Counted from the first letter of the stretch, positions 1-9,374 are shown. The stretch: 64,000 nt of DNA from Candidatus Doudnabacteria bacterium RIFCSPHIGHO2_01_48_18 (GCA_001777515.1 MFEF01000003.1:53423-117422), one strand, 5' to 3'. The notes: generated by a model not told the origin, from the letters alone. Program-made: numbers and translations.

Positions 1-1
1 G

Positions 2-868
2 CCAGCTCCGCCACTCCCACCGCCAACAGCGCCTGGCACGCCGCCAATGCCACCAATGCCGCCGCTACCAAGGATCACTATGGACATCGTTACAGTTCAG
101 GCAAGAAGTAACGGGTTACAGACGATTATCGCCCTCGGCTTTTCTGGCAAGACTGACATGAAGAAGCTTGCCGAAGAAATGGTCGGCAACGTTTATCTTG
201 ATACTGATCAGGACCCTGGCACTGGTGCCACTGTCCGGTATGATCAGGATAGCCTGCGCTTCGAGCCGCGCATCGGATACGAGGCCAGCATAAGCTTCTG
301 GGGATTCCCTAGATCTGGCAGAGCCGAGCTTTACAAAGTACGTGGAAATGATGCGGGTTACTATGTTCAGGTTGAGATCGTCGGCCAAATGTTGTCGATG
401 GTCATACCGAACGAAGTACTTGGCGAATTCGGCGACGGCGAAATGCATGTTGCTGTCGCAATCGCAGATTATCAGGGAGTAGTTGACGTGGCTCCAAACC
501 AAGGCTACGGCTGGATTACCAGCATCCGCAAGCTGTCAGTTTCACCGGATAGCTCCCTAATGGTAACGGCGCAGAGTTTCGACATTGGCATCACAGTTGA
601 GATGGACAGTCCCAATTCGCCGTTTCAAAAGCTGGTCATCTACGACGGCGTTGACATGACCCGCAATTTCGAATCAGCGGAGACTGTCGGCGAGATCAAA
701 CAAAGCATTATGACCCGCGGCGGCAAGAGTTTCCGCTACCGTGTGCCAGCAAATGCCATGATGCCTGGCGAGCACACTGTCGGGGTGTTCGTGATCGGAC
801 ATGACGGGATTGCTGCAAAAGAGGTGAAATACCTCGTACTGCAGACCTCTGACCCCGGTAGCAACTAA
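2..868 (+). CDS. Hypothetical protein, C-terminal part (5' partial; Pro-rich linker at window start). An internal ATG at 80 with an AAGGA RBS is an alternative start
   Basis: The open frame runs from the window edge to the stop at 866-868. There is a proline-rich N-terminal stretch, no recognisable domain, and a terminator follows. Confidence 0.5.
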   Translation, partial: PAPPLPPPTAPGTPPMPPMPPLPRITMDIVTVQARSNGLQTIIALGFSGKTDMKKLAEEMVGNVYLDTDQDPGTGATVRYDQDSLRFEPRIGYEASISFWGFPRSGRAELYKVRGNDAGYYVQVEIVGQMLSMVIPNEVLGEFGDGEMHVAVAIADYQGVVDVAPNQGYGWITSIRKLSVSPDSSLMVTAQSFDIGITVEMDSPNSPFQKLVIYDGVDMTRNFESAETVGEIKQSIMTRGGKSFRYRVPANAMMPGEHTVGVFVIGHDGIAAKEVKYLVLQTSDPGSN

Positions 869-883
869 CGAATCACTTTAAAT

Positions 884-930
884 AAAAGGCCCGCGTTACA
901 TCGAGAGATGTTTCGCGGGCCTTTTTCTTT
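884..930 (+). terminator. Rho-independent terminator (GGCCCGCG...CGCGGGCC stem plus T-run). Serves the convergent gene pair.
   Basis: An 8-bp GC stem at 888-895 pairs with 914-921 and is followed by TTTTTCTTTT. Confidence 0.6.
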
Positions 931-936
931 TGTCTG

Positions 937-2751
937 TTACTTTACTCCCATTCTTTCTTTTCGTTTCGCTTCAGCGATATTTAGCACCATTTTTCTGATG
1001 CGGACATTTTTTGGCGTCACCTCCACTAGCTCATCATCGCCGATATATTGCAGGGCGTCCTCGAGACCCATAGTACGCGGCGTGTTGAAATGTTCGGCGC
1101 CGCCCTCTCCTTTTGAGCGCATGTTGGAAAGCTGCTTGGCCTTGCAGACATTTACAGAAATATCTTCCGGACGCGCGTTCTGCCCCACCACCTGTCCTTT
1201 ATAAACCGGAACGCCTGGACCGATAAACATCACGCCTCTATCCTGCACATTGAGGAGGCCATACATGTTGGTTGTGCCTGTTTCGTGGACCACGAGCGAT
1301 CCCTGCTCTCGCTCGCGCCAATTTCCCGGGTCTTTGTCATAGATTTCAAAGGTCGAGTTGATGATGCCGAGTCCTCTGGTGTCTGTAAGAAATTCGGAAC
1401 GGTACCCGAGGAGACCTTTGGTGGGAATAATAAATTCCATAAAGGCTATGCCGTTTTCCGTGCGCATCTCTGTCATCTGGCCGTGTCTGGAGCCGAGCTT
1501 TTGAATGATCACTCCATTGTGAACCTCTGGTACTTCGATAAATACCCTTTCGTAAGGAGTCAGAATCTTTCCGTCGATTTCCTTGTTGATGACTTGGGGC
1601 CTCGAGACCTGGAACTCAAATCCTTCTCTGCGCATGCGCTCGATGAGGATCGAGAGATGGAGCTCGCCGCGCCCGGACACTGTCCATTCGTTTTGTCCTG
1701 GACCGTTTTCAACCCGAAGCGCCATGTCAGTCTCAAGCTCTTTGTAAAGTCTCTCCTGTATCTGCCGCGAGGTGCAAAAATCTCCTTCTTTTCCCGCGAG
1801 CGGAGAATCGTTTACAGAAAATGTCATCTTCACGGTTGGCTGCTCGATCTCCAGGAGAGGCAAAGCCTGCGGGTTTAATGGATCAGCAATTGTTTCTCCA
1901 ATCACCACCTCGGGAATGCCGGCGATCGCGGCAATGTCGCCAGCAACAACCTCTTTGGCATAAATACGTTCGAGGCCCTCAAAGGTCATTAGCGACACCA
2001 GTCGGTATTTTTTCATGGTTCCAGCCCTATCAATATGCATCACTTCCTGTCCAGCAGTGAGACGGCCGTTGTTGACGCGACCTGTGGCGATGCGTCCTTT
2101 GAAAGTATCACTTCCAACAGTGGTAACCAAAAGCTGCAGTGGTTTATCAGGATCTGCTGTTGGCGCTGGAATATATTTGAGTATCGCGTCAAAGGCAGGG
2201 GTAATATCTGCCATTTTCGAAAGGTCGGGCTCTAGCCCGGCTTTCCCGAGTTTCGCGGCCGCGTAAATAGTTGGAAAATCAGCTATCTCATCACTGGCGC
2301 CCAATTCCAAAAACAAATCAAGAGTTTTATCATGCACAAAATTTACCCTGGCGTCAGGCTTGTCGATCTTATTGATAACAACAATGATACGGAGGCCCAG
2401 GGCCAAAGCTTTTTTGAGGACGAACCTAGTTTGCGGCATAGGTCCTTCTTTGGCATCCACAAGGAGCAGTGCTCCATCAGCCATGCGCAAGACTCGCTCT
2501 ACTTCGCCGCCAAAATCCGCGTGTCCCGGGGTATCAATAATATTGATCTTGGTCTCGCCCCAGCGCACAGACGCGTTTTTGGAAAAAATAGTAATCCCCC
2601 GCTCCCGTTCGAGAGGGTTGGAATCCATGATAAATTCTTTTTCCGCGACGTCTTTGTGCATCTTGGTCTTTGAACCGCGCAGCAAAGTATCGACAAGCGT
2701 AGTCTTGCCGTGGTCAACGTGGGCGATGATTGCAACATTTCTGATATTCAT
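937..2751 (-). CDS. typA: Translational GTPase TypA/BipA
   Basis: 604 aa with G-domain motifs AHVDHGKTT, DTPGHADF and NKID; overall EF-G-like TypA architecture. Confidence 0.95.
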   Translation of the reverse strand: MNIRNVAIIAHVDHGKTTLVDTLLRGSKTKMHKDVAEKEFIMDSNPLERERGITIFSKNASVRWGETKINIIDTPGHADFGGEVERVLRMADGALLLVDAKEGPMPQTRFVLKKALALGLRIIVVINKIDKPDARVNFVHDKTLDLFLELGASDEIADFPTIYAAAKLGKAGLEPDLSKMADITPAFDAILKYIPAPTADPDKPLQLLVTTVGSDTFKGRIATGRVNNGRLTAGQEVMHIDRAGTMKKYRLVSLMTFEGLERIYAKEVVAGDIAAIAGIPEVVIGETIADPLNPQALPLLEIEQPTVKMTFSVNDSPLAGKEGDFCTSRQIQERLYKELETDMALRVENGPGQNEWTVSGRGELHLSILIERMRREGFEFQVSRPQVINKEIDGKILTPYERVFIEVPEVHNGVIIQKLGSRHGQMTEMRTENGIAFMEFIIPTKGLLGYRSEFLTDTRGLGIINSTFEIYDKDPGNWREREQGSLVVHETGTTNMYGLLNVQDRGVMFIGPGVPVYKGQVVGQNARPEDISVNVCKAKQLSNMRSKGEGGAEHFNTPRTMGLEDALQYIGDDELVEVTPKNVRIRKMVLNIAEAKRKERMGVK

Positions 2752-2851
2752 AATTCGGTAACAAAAAATCTGCTAACAGCAGAATCTTAATTCTACTAGT
2801 TGATCATATCACATTAATACAATCTTGTCACTCGCATTACAACCTCCGTTC

Positions 2852-2889
2852 ATTCTACATCTATATGCAATAGCATATCTTGTTAGAAT
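2852..2889. promoter_or_regulatory. 38-bp imperfect palindrome ATTCTACATCTATATGCAATAGCATATCTTGTTAGAAT. Member of a 3-copy family; sits between the regulator stop and the typA start.
   Basis: Shares the outer ATTCTA/TAGAAT and central TGCAAT-GCATAT blocks with the sites at 3588 and 36251. Confidence 0.4.
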
Positions 2890-2918
2890 ACATCAATTTC
2901 ATTAATTGGAACAAGTTG

Positions 2919-3575
2919 TTAAATCAAACCTTTCTTTCGAAAAAAATCTTCCAACAATTCATAATCGCTATGATCCAATTGCTTTATCTCCATCAATGTA
3001 ACAAACGGGTTTATATGATAATGTGTCGCTACGGATTCTATTTCTTCCCTGGGATCGAAGGGATGAATCCAAACAGTTCTCTGTAAAGGATAAAATTCCA
3101 TTTGCTTTAACTTTTTCTGAAAAGTATTGGCAGCAATCCGAAACTGCTTTGGAATATCAGCTACCACCATCCACCAATTTCCATTCCAATGTTTAGGCTT
3201 TTTAACTGATAAGTTTTTAAAATTAATCTCGCGTAACCTTTCCTGTCCCTTCTTTGTCGGATAAACCATGAGCAAACCTCCTCGCTTTTCAATATTGATA
3301 TAACCCTGCCGGCGCATGTAATAAAATGATTTTGTCAGCTGATTCTGCCGTTTGACCACAGTATTTTTTCTACTCCCATATTGTTTCTTTCCAAAAATTT
3401 TATCCAGCGCCACAAAAGCATTCGGAGCAATAGCGCTTAGAGCCACCACCCCTGCTGTCATGGCGACTGCCAAAGCAACCTCACCAGCAGTGCGAAGATG
3501 AGCTTTCTGATCTTCTGATAATTCAAATCCTGCCTTCGGGGAAGAATTTTTTATTTCATTTCGGATATCTAACAT
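2919..3575 (-). CDS. PaaX-like transcriptional regulator (winged-HTH N-terminus, PaaX C-terminal domain)
   Basis: The C-terminal motif WNGNWWMVVADIP...LQRTVWIHPF matches the PaaX family signature (WDGRW..DIP...SVWV.P). A wHTH-like segment KSFYYMRRQGYI lies upstream. Confidence 0.55.
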   Translation of the reverse strand: MLDIRNEIKNSSPKAGFELSEDQKAHLRTAGEVALAVAMTAGVVALSAIAPNAFVALDKIFGKKQYGSRKNTVVKRQNQLTKSFYYMRRQGYINIEKRGGLLMVYPTKKGQERLREINFKNLSVKKPKHWNGNWWMVVADIPKQFRIAANTFQKKLKQMEFYPLQRTVWIHPFDPREEIESVATHYHINPFVTLMEIKQLDHSDYELLEDFFRKKGLI

Positions 3576-3587
3576 AGATACGTGATC

Positions 3588-3625
3588 ATTCTACACTAAT
3601 GTGCAATTGCATATCAAGTTAGAAT
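3588..3625. promoter_or_regulatory. 38-bp palindrome-family site ATTCTACACTAATGTGCAATTGCATATCAAGTTAGAAT, 13 bp upstream of the regulator ATG. Candidate autoregulatory operator/promoter.
   Basis: The central TGCAATTGCA is a perfect palindrome. Read on the minus strand, the site contains TTGATA-18-TAGAAT, which would place the regulator's promoter inside the site. Confidence 0.45.
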
Positions 3626-3670
3626 GCAAATATCATTTACTGTTTGTGCAAACTATTTAGAACGTGGATT

Positions 3671-3979
3671 CTAGGCCCCGAAAACCACATGAAAAAAAAT
3701 ATCTTGATCTCTTATATTGGGTCCGTATTTATTTCCCTCTGTCTTGCTTCTTGCAAACAAGAAATAAATGAAGACCGTGATATTTACAACGCGAAAAAAC
3801 ATCCAAGCCGCGTACCATCCGCTCTTACCCACGTCATGGAAGCGCCTCGCAAATAAAGAATAGTAGAAAACATTTTCCACGATCCCAAATATTATAAACA
3901 GAGCTTGGGTATACGTGTTACTGTTCAATGAGGGTAGTATCCAAAAGACTATTATGAATAGGGTTCCGGCCAGAAGCAA
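3671..3979 (-). CDS. DUF805-family inner membrane protein
   Basis: 102 aa with multiple TM helices and the RFHDVGKSGWY motif typical of DUF805 (RxHDxGxSGW). Confidence 0.6.
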   Translation of the reverse strand: MLLAGTLFIIVFWILPSLNSNTYTQALFIIFGIVENVFYYSLFARRFHDVGKSGWYAAWMFFRVVNITVFIYFLFARSKTEGNKYGPNIRDQDIFFHVVFGA

Positions 3980-4061
3980 AAAACTTTGAAAAAAAATTTC
4001 GATTTAGCCTTCCAGAATAGATTTTTTTGATATATCCCAAGATAGAGTGATTGTAGCACAA

Positions 4062-5036
4062 TTAGCGTGCAAGCTGCAATTCAACGATATTCTGAACCTC
4101 TTTTACGTTTCGCGCTGCCATGAGCATCACTCGCAGTTCTTTGGCCCCGTCAAACCCGGTTACATAAGCTTTGTAGTGTTTTTTCATCAAATCGAAATTT
4201 TTTACACCCTTGAAGATCTTTTCAAAAAGAAACGTGTGCTCAAGCATTACTGCCAATTTTTCTTCGAGCGGTACGCTTTTGTAATCCCGCTTGCTTGAGA
4301 ATAGCCACGGATTGCCGAAAATCCCGCGGCCAATCATGACGCCGTCGCAGCCTGTTTCTCTGACTCTCAGCTCTGCTTCATGCCTGTCCTTCACGTCACC
4401 GTTGCCAAAAATAAGTGTTTGTGATTCTAAATCGTTGCGAATCTTGACTGCGTCAGCGATTCGGTCCCAGTGCGCGGGTACAAGCGACATTTCTTTGCGA
4501 GTGCGCGCGTGAAGCGTTATTACCGCCGGCTCAGCCTCCAAGAGCTTCGGCAGCCAGTTATCGAGCTCGTCTTTATTGTAACCCAATCTGATTTTTGCAG
4601 ACACTGGCATCCGCCCGCCGGCGGATTCTGCGCCTTCTTTTGCAGCTTGGATAAGCTCCGCGGCTAGCTTCGGGTTTTTGCAAAGCGCGGCGCCCGCGCC
4701 TTGTTTTTCCACGGCCCGGTCAGGACACCCCATATTGATATCAATCCCGTCAAACTCTAATTCACGGGCGAGCACGGCGCATTTATAAAAGTTTTCTGGC
4801 TTGCTGCCAAAAAATTGCGCCACAATCGGCCGCTCCCCTTCGGTGTATTTCAGATCAATCACCAATTTTTCTTTGCCTGCAGAAACGAGGCCGTCGCAGG
4901 ATACAAACTCGGTCCACATTACGTCGGGCTTACCGTATTTGGCAATAATAAATCGGAAAGCCGCGTCCGTGACATTCGCCAGGGGGGCCAGGACAAAGAT
5001 CGGTCTTTTGAGCATTTTCCAGAAATTAGCTTTCAT
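4062..5036 (-). CDS. dus: tRNA-dihydrouridine synthase
   Basis: 324 aa with a Dus family TIM-barrel N-terminus (LAPLANVTDAAFR and GIDINMGCP). Confidence 0.9.
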   Translation of the reverse strand: MKANFWKMLKRPIFVLAPLANVTDAAFRFIIAKYGKPDVMWTEFVSCDGLVSAGKEKLVIDLKYTEGERPIVAQFFGSKPENFYKCAVLARELEFDGIDINMGCPDRAVEKQGAGAALCKNPKLAAELIQAAKEGAESAGGRMPVSAKIRLGYNKDELDNWLPKLLEAEPAVITLHARTRKEMSLVPAHWDRIADAVKIRNDLESQTLIFGNGDVKDRHEAELRVRETGCDGVMIGRGIFGNPWLFSSKRDYKSVPLEEKLAVMLEHTFLFEKIFKGVKNFDLMKKHYKAYVTGFDGAKELRVMLMAARNVKEVQNIVELQLAR

Positions 5037-5120
5037 TCTATACTTATGAGGCTAATAACTACTAATGTAAAATTCAAAAATCAAAGTGTAAAATTACAAT
5101 GTAAATTTTAAAATTTTTAA

Positions 5121-5837
5121 TTGTCATTTTTCATTTTGATATTTACATTTTCAATTATGGAGTTTCCAATCAGAATAAATCATTACTTGGCTCTAAAACA
5201 ATACTGTTCCCGTCGCATGGCTGACAAACTGATCGCGGGCGGTAAGGTCAAAATCAATGGCAAGGTCGCGGCCATTGGCCAGAAGGTGAACGAAGCAGAC
5301 CGCGTTGAGGTTGATCTGCCTGCAGTTAAAAAAATCTCGGAAGGCCGAGTGTATTTAGCATACCACAAACCAGTGGGAATTGATACCCACGCAGTGAAGT
5401 TCAAAAACCATCCCGGCGTTTTTCCAATCGGCCGTTTGGATAAAAATTCGCATGGACTGATCTTGATGACTAATGACGGCCGTGTGACCGACCGCATGCT
5501 CAATCCCAAATACGATCACGAAAAAGAATATACGGTTACGGTTGATAAAAAACTACGCCCCGGATTTCTGGAACGCTTGCGGACGGGAATCACGATCGAT
5601 GATTATGTTACGAGACCTGCAAAGGTTACGCAGTTAAATGATCACAAATTTAAAATTGTCTTGACTGAAGGGCGGCATCACCAGATCAGGCGCATGTGCG
5701 ACACTTTTGGTTTCACGGTGCGAAGCTTGAAGCGCGAGCGGATCATGAATATTAAACTCACCGGACTAGCGCAGGGACAGCAGAAGCAGCTTGGCGGCGC
5801 AGAATTGAAACTTTTTCTAAAAAACCTCGGACTCTAA
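5121..5837 (+). CDS. Pseudouridine synthase, RsuA/RluB family (S4 domain plus catalytic domain). Alternative start at 5157.
   Basis: S4 RNA-binding region IRINHYLALKQYCSRRMADKLIAGGKVKINGK plus the catalytic motif GRLDKNSHGLILMTNDG. Confidence 0.85.
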   Translation: MSFFILIFTFSIMEFPIRINHYLALKQYCSRRMADKLIAGGKVKINGKVAAIGQKVNEADRVEVDLPAVKKISEGRVYLAYHKPVGIDTHAVKFKNHPGVFPIGRLDKNSHGLILMTNDGRVTDRMLNPKYDHEKEYTVTVDKKLRPGFLERLRTGITIDDYVTRPAKVTQLNDHKFKIVLTEGRHHQIRRMCDTFGFTVRSLKRERIMNIKLTGLAQGQQKQLGGAELKLFLKNLGL

Positions 5838-5839
5838 AC

Positions 5840-6286
5840 CTATTTGATAATTCTCACGGACGCGCGCCTGCCTGGACCTGATGACACAGCGATCGGGTTG
5901 TGACCAGCCGCGACATCAAAGCCGCCCATCCACCATGGTTCATAGGTCATTTTCGCTTTGGCTTCCGCGCCATTCTCGTCAAAAGTTCTGGTATGCGCGC
6001 CGCCGCCGCCTTTTACCACTTTGAATTCTTCCGCATCAGTAATGAACACTGACCAGCCCCAGGATGCTTCAGGATATGGAACATGCGTTATGATGCCATC
6101 TACTGCCGCGACCAATGGCTGCATTTTTTTTCCAAAAATATCATTGCCTTTGTGCGTGCGCTTGCCCCCATCCCGGGGGAAACCAAAATCGTCCACATAA
6201 TTTACCTGTCCGATCACAGGAAATACAATGTCGCGGATAGATTCACCCGAAAATACTATCAGCAGCAAAAGAGTTTTGAATTTCAT
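5840..6286 (-). CDS. Secreted M23-family peptidoglycan peptidase (LytM-like)
   Basis: Signal peptide, an HKGNDIF...AVDGII motif pair and a C-terminal His motif typical of Peptidase_M23. Confidence 0.7.
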   Translation of the reverse strand: MKFKTLLLLIVFSGESIRDIVFPVIGQVNYVDDFGFPRDGGKRTHKGNDIFGKKMQPLVAAVDGIITHVPYPEASWGWSVFITDAEEFKVVKGGGGAHTRTFDENGAEAKAKMTYEPWWMGGFDVAAGHNPIAVSSGPGRRASVRIIK

Positions 6287-6362
6287 CTGCCATTTACGAC
6301 GCAGTGCTTTGCGGTTTATTAATTGTTTTTGTTTCCTGGCACTATAGTGCTATAGTCTAAAT

Positions 6363-6821
6363 ATGATTCGCGAATCAGAAACCGGGCATTTTCGCCCGGG
6401 TGAAACAAAACCATCGCTGGAAAATTTGCAGCAACAATACGCGCAAAAGCTGCTCGAGAGGGAAACAGCAAGAATCAATTATCAGCGCGCTATCGAGGCG
6501 GGTGTGCGATTGCACAATCGCCTGCTTGATGATTTGGGATCAAAAGAAATCAAAACTGAAATGGCAAAGCTCGAGAAGGAGCGCGTAGCCGCGGCAGAAC
6601 GCCTTGGCGGCCTCAAGGCAGAGGTTAACAGTATCACTGATGAAATCACTGCTCTCGCCGGAGCCGATGCCGATGACAAAATTAATGACACTGGTTTATT
6701 TATAGTTGAAGAGTTTAAAAAACTTCTCAAAACTGATCCGGCCAAAGCCATTGAGCTTTCAGCCGGCAACGAATATTTGGAAAAATTAAGGCTCATGGCT
6801 GAAGAGCTCAACCAAAAATAA
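6363..6821 (+). CDS. Hypothetical coiled-coil protein
   Basis: 152 aa, helical/charged, no recognisable domain. Confidence 0.5.
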   Translation: MIRESETGHFRPGETKPSLENLQQQYAQKLLERETARINYQRAIEAGVRLHNRLLDDLGSKEIKTEMAKLEKERVAAAERLGGLKAEVNSITDEITALAGADADDKINDTGLFIVEEFKKLLKTDPAKAIELSAGNEYLEKLRLMAEELNQK

Positions 6822-7078
6822 AATTATTTCTTTCGGAATATATTTTTGATCGCTCCGGAATACAACTCTTCTGTGTAATCTCGCCCCTTCATCACGAGTT
6901 GCTTGATTGAAGGGATTTTTTTTGCGTGCCTCGCATCAGTTTATAAGTACCGCTGCCGCCATCGTTGCCGGCAGCGCCGAGTTTATCAGATCAGCTTGGC
7001 TGGCTTCCGAAATGCCATTTTCGTAAACTCTGATTTTTCGATCGCTGATTTCCGCCGCATTTATTGGCAAGGCAAAAA

Positions 7079-7184
7079 TAAATCCAGCACCTTCCTGTCG
7101 GGGTATTGCACCCCGCAGGAAGGCTATATTGAGCCATTCATCCCCGCAGCAAGCTGCGGGGTATTCTGGAAGGTGCTGGATAAA
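7079..7184 (+). mobile_element. MITE-like 98-bp structured element (copy 1). 13-bp TIR TCCAGCACCTTCC, flanked by TAAA on both sides.
   Basis: Identical to the copies at 9017, 15728 and 20480 (reverse). Contains internal GC hairpins (CCCCGCAGCAAGCTGCGGGG). Confidence 0.7.
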
Positions 7185-7402
7185 ATTGGCTGCGACCAAC
7201 AACATAACTAATAGGTTAGGAAAAAGTTTTTTCGCTGTCATGTATATATTGTGGCCTTCAAATCTAAAACTTCGTTACAAAAACGATTGAGGCGCTGGAA
7301 CAGCCCGGATCGCAGGTTTCTATCGAATTTTTTGACGATATCTGAAATAATTTTGGATTTTTGCACATTTAGCTTTACTGTGGACCGCGCTATACTTAGC
7401 GT

Positions 7403-7639
7403 ATGGATTCCAAGGTGAAAATCTTGATTACAGCAGTGCTGCTGATATTGCTGCCCGTGGCATCGTGGTTTATCTGGCGCGCGGTACGAGAGAAGTCGCA
7501 ACAGGCAAATCCGCCTTCTCCTTCTCCGCAGCAAGCTGTGGTACCCCAGACCACACCTGAACAAATTTTTCCTGCCTCTCCCACGCCAGCAGCTGAGCCG
7601 TCGCCGATACCCCCGCGAACCGGACGCGACAAAAATTAG
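7403..7639 (+). CDS. Small membrane-anchored Pro-rich protein (78 aa)
   Basis: An N-terminal TM helix is followed by P/S/T-rich low-complexity sequence. The overlapping antisense 150-aa ORF is Arg/Cys-rich and not protein-like. Confidence 0.3.
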   Translation: MDSKVKILITAVLLILLPVASWFIWRAVREKSQQANPPSPSPQQAVVPQTTPEQIFPASPTPAAEPSPIPPRTGRDKN

Positions 7640-7672
7640 TTTTAAAATGTTTATTTTATCAGTCCAATTCGG

Positions 7673-9019
7673 ATGTGGTATAATAAACATAGAATGATTT
7701 TGAATGTAAAAAAATATTTTTTACGCTTTATGTTGCTCGCGATTGCCGTCAGCATGATTTCTTTGTCATCTGCAAACGCACAACTCGACAAGCAGCAGGA
7801 AAAAGATCAGCTGCAGCAGCAGCTCAGAGATATTGAAAATCAGATTGCTGCATATCAAAGGGAGCTGGGTCAAATCAAAGGTCAAAAAAATACTCTGCAA
7901 AACAAAATCAACCAACTGAAAAAACAGCAGGCCGCGTTGGGACTGCAGATCAAGGCCACGACATTACAGATTGATGATTTGGATGTCCAGATTACGATGA
8001 CGCAGGAATCGATTGATCGTAACACCGCAAAAGGTGTTGAGCTTAAACAGCAGCTTGCAGAATTTATACGGCTCATCAACGAAAAAGATGGCACCCCCCT
8101 TTTGCTGGCAGTTCTTTCGCAAAACAATTTTTCCGACGTTTTAAACCAGCTGGTGTATTACTCGGAACTCAGTGAAGGCTTGCATTCGATTCTCGAAGAA
8201 ATAAAACAGACAAATGGCGCGCTCGCGCAGGACAAGCAGAAATTTGAAGATAAACAAGGCCAGGCCAGAAATTTATTATCCATTCAAAGTATTCAAAAGG
8301 AACAGCTCGTAGATACTGAGAGTGAACAAAGGGTCTTGCTCGACCAAACGCGCGGCCTGGAGAGTGAATACCAGGCGGTTCTCGGTAATACGCAAAAGAA
8401 AGCCGCCGAGATCAGAAACCGTCTTTACGAATTGACCGGCGCGACCGCCCAGGTTACTTTTGGCGAAGCTGTAGAAATTGCGAAATGGGCCAGCTCTCAC
8501 ACCGGCGTTCGCGCTGCCTTTCTGCTGGCGATTTTGACGCAGGAATCAAACCTGGGGAAAAACGTAGGAACATGCAATCGTGCCGGCGACCCGCCGGAAA
8601 AAAGCTGGCGGATGGTAATGAAACCGGACAGGGATCAGCAGCCATTTCAGCAAATTACAACAGATCTAGGGCTTGATATAGAGACTACGCCTGTATCATG
8701 CCCAATGCGCCAAAACGGCAAGCAGGTTGGCTGGGGCGGCGCGATGGGACCGGCCCAATTTATTCCTTCAACATGGATGGGTTACAAAGATAAAGTCGCG
8801 GCGATTACTGGAAAAACCGCGGACCCCTGGGATATAAAAGACGCGTTTTTGGCCTCAGCCATAAAACTGAAAGCAGGCGGAGCAGGAACAGTTCAGGGTG
8901 AATGGGCGGCAGCCATGCGTTATTTTTCTGGCGGTACCAATCCCCGATTTCGGTTCTACGGCGATAACGTGGTCGCCACCGCGAACCGCTACCAGCAAGA
9001 TATTGACGCGTTAAAATAA
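7673..9019 (+). CDS. Secreted coiled-coil protein fused to a C-terminal lytic-transglycosylase (SLT)-like domain
   Basis: Signal/TM region, a ~250-aa Q/K-rich coiled coil, then a C-terminal LTQESNLG...GPAQFIPSTW (SLT-like G-x-MQ-F-MP-STW). Confidence 0.7.
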   Translation: MWYNKHRMILNVKKYFLRFMLLAIAVSMISLSSANAQLDKQQEKDQLQQQLRDIENQIAAYQRELGQIKGQKNTLQNKINQLKKQQAALGLQIKATTLQIDDLDVQITMTQESIDRNTAKGVELKQQLAEFIRLINEKDGTPLLLAVLSQNNFSDVLNQLVYYSELSEGLHSILEEIKQTNGALAQDKQKFEDKQGQARNLLSIQSIQKEQLVDTESEQRVLLDQTRGLESEYQAVLGNTQKKAAEIRNRLYELTGATAQVTFGEAVEIAKWASSHTGVRAAFLLAILTQESNLGKNVGTCNRAGDPPEKSWRMVMKPDRDQQPFQQITTDLGLDIETTPVSCPMRQNGKQVGWGGAMGPAQFIPSTWMGYKDKVAAITGKTADPWDIKDAFLASAIKLKAGGAGTVQGEWAAAMRYFSGGTNPRFRFYGDNVVATANRYQQDIDALK

Positions 9020-9122
9020 ATCCAGCACCTTCCTGTCGGGGTATTGCACCCCGCAGGAAGGCTATATTGAGCCATTCATCCCCGCAGCAAGCTGCGGGGT
9101 ATTCTGGAAGGTGCTGGATAAA
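9017..9122 (+). mobile_element. MITE-like element (copy 2), inserted at the stop codon of the preceding gene
   Basis: 100% identical 98-bp core. The left TAAA overlaps the TAA stop at 9017-9019. Confidence 0.7.
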
Positions 9123-9137
9123 CATTGAAAGAAACTG

Positions 9138-9166
9138 TTGACTTTTTGCTATATAAAGGCTACAAT
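9138..9166 (+). promoter_or_regulatory. Sigma70-like promoter TTGACT-17-TACAAT
   Basis: Near-consensus hexamers with 17-nt spacing. It drives a ~200-nt unit that ends at the terminator at 9340. Confidence 0.45.
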
Positions 9167-9244
9167 GAACTGCTAATGTCTCATTCGAGACAATCACGAG
9201 TCATGACGGTCGGGGCACCATAACCAGGAAAGGACATCATCACC

Positions 9245-9328
9245 ATGGACGAGATTAAAAACCAGGAAGCCAAACCAGAGGAAATAAAAACTCCGGAAGC
9301 GGCTGCGGCAACAGAAGAAACTAAATAA
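9245..9328 (+). CDS. sORF, 27 aa acidic peptide (MDEIKNQEAKPEEIKTPEAAAATEETK)
   Basis: AGGAAAGGA RBS 9 nt upstream, and the ORF sits between a strong promoter and a terminator. Not in the ORF track (<60 aa). Confidence 0.3.
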   Translation: MDEIKNQEAKPEEIKTPEAAAATEETK

Positions 9329-9339
9329 TTTCTTGTTGT

Positions 9340-9372
9340 AAAAACACCCGCCTTTGGCGGGTGTTTTAATTG
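9340..9372. terminator. Bidirectional intrinsic terminator (ACACCCGCC-TTTG-GCGGGTGT with flanking A/T runs)
   Basis: A perfect 9-bp GC stem. It terminates both the sORF unit and the convergent ABC operon. Confidence 0.65.
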
Positions 9373-9374
9373 TG

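Noticed and set aside
908-2761. Several 60-130-aa ORFs overlapping typA on either strand
   Set aside because: They lie inside or antisense to a well-supported, highly conserved GTPase gene. These are typical shadow ORFs.
7238-7690. 150-aa minus-strand ORF
   Set aside because: It is Arg/Cys-rich low-complexity sequence antisense to a more plausible TM/Pro-rich small gene (7403-7639). No domain and poor codon character.
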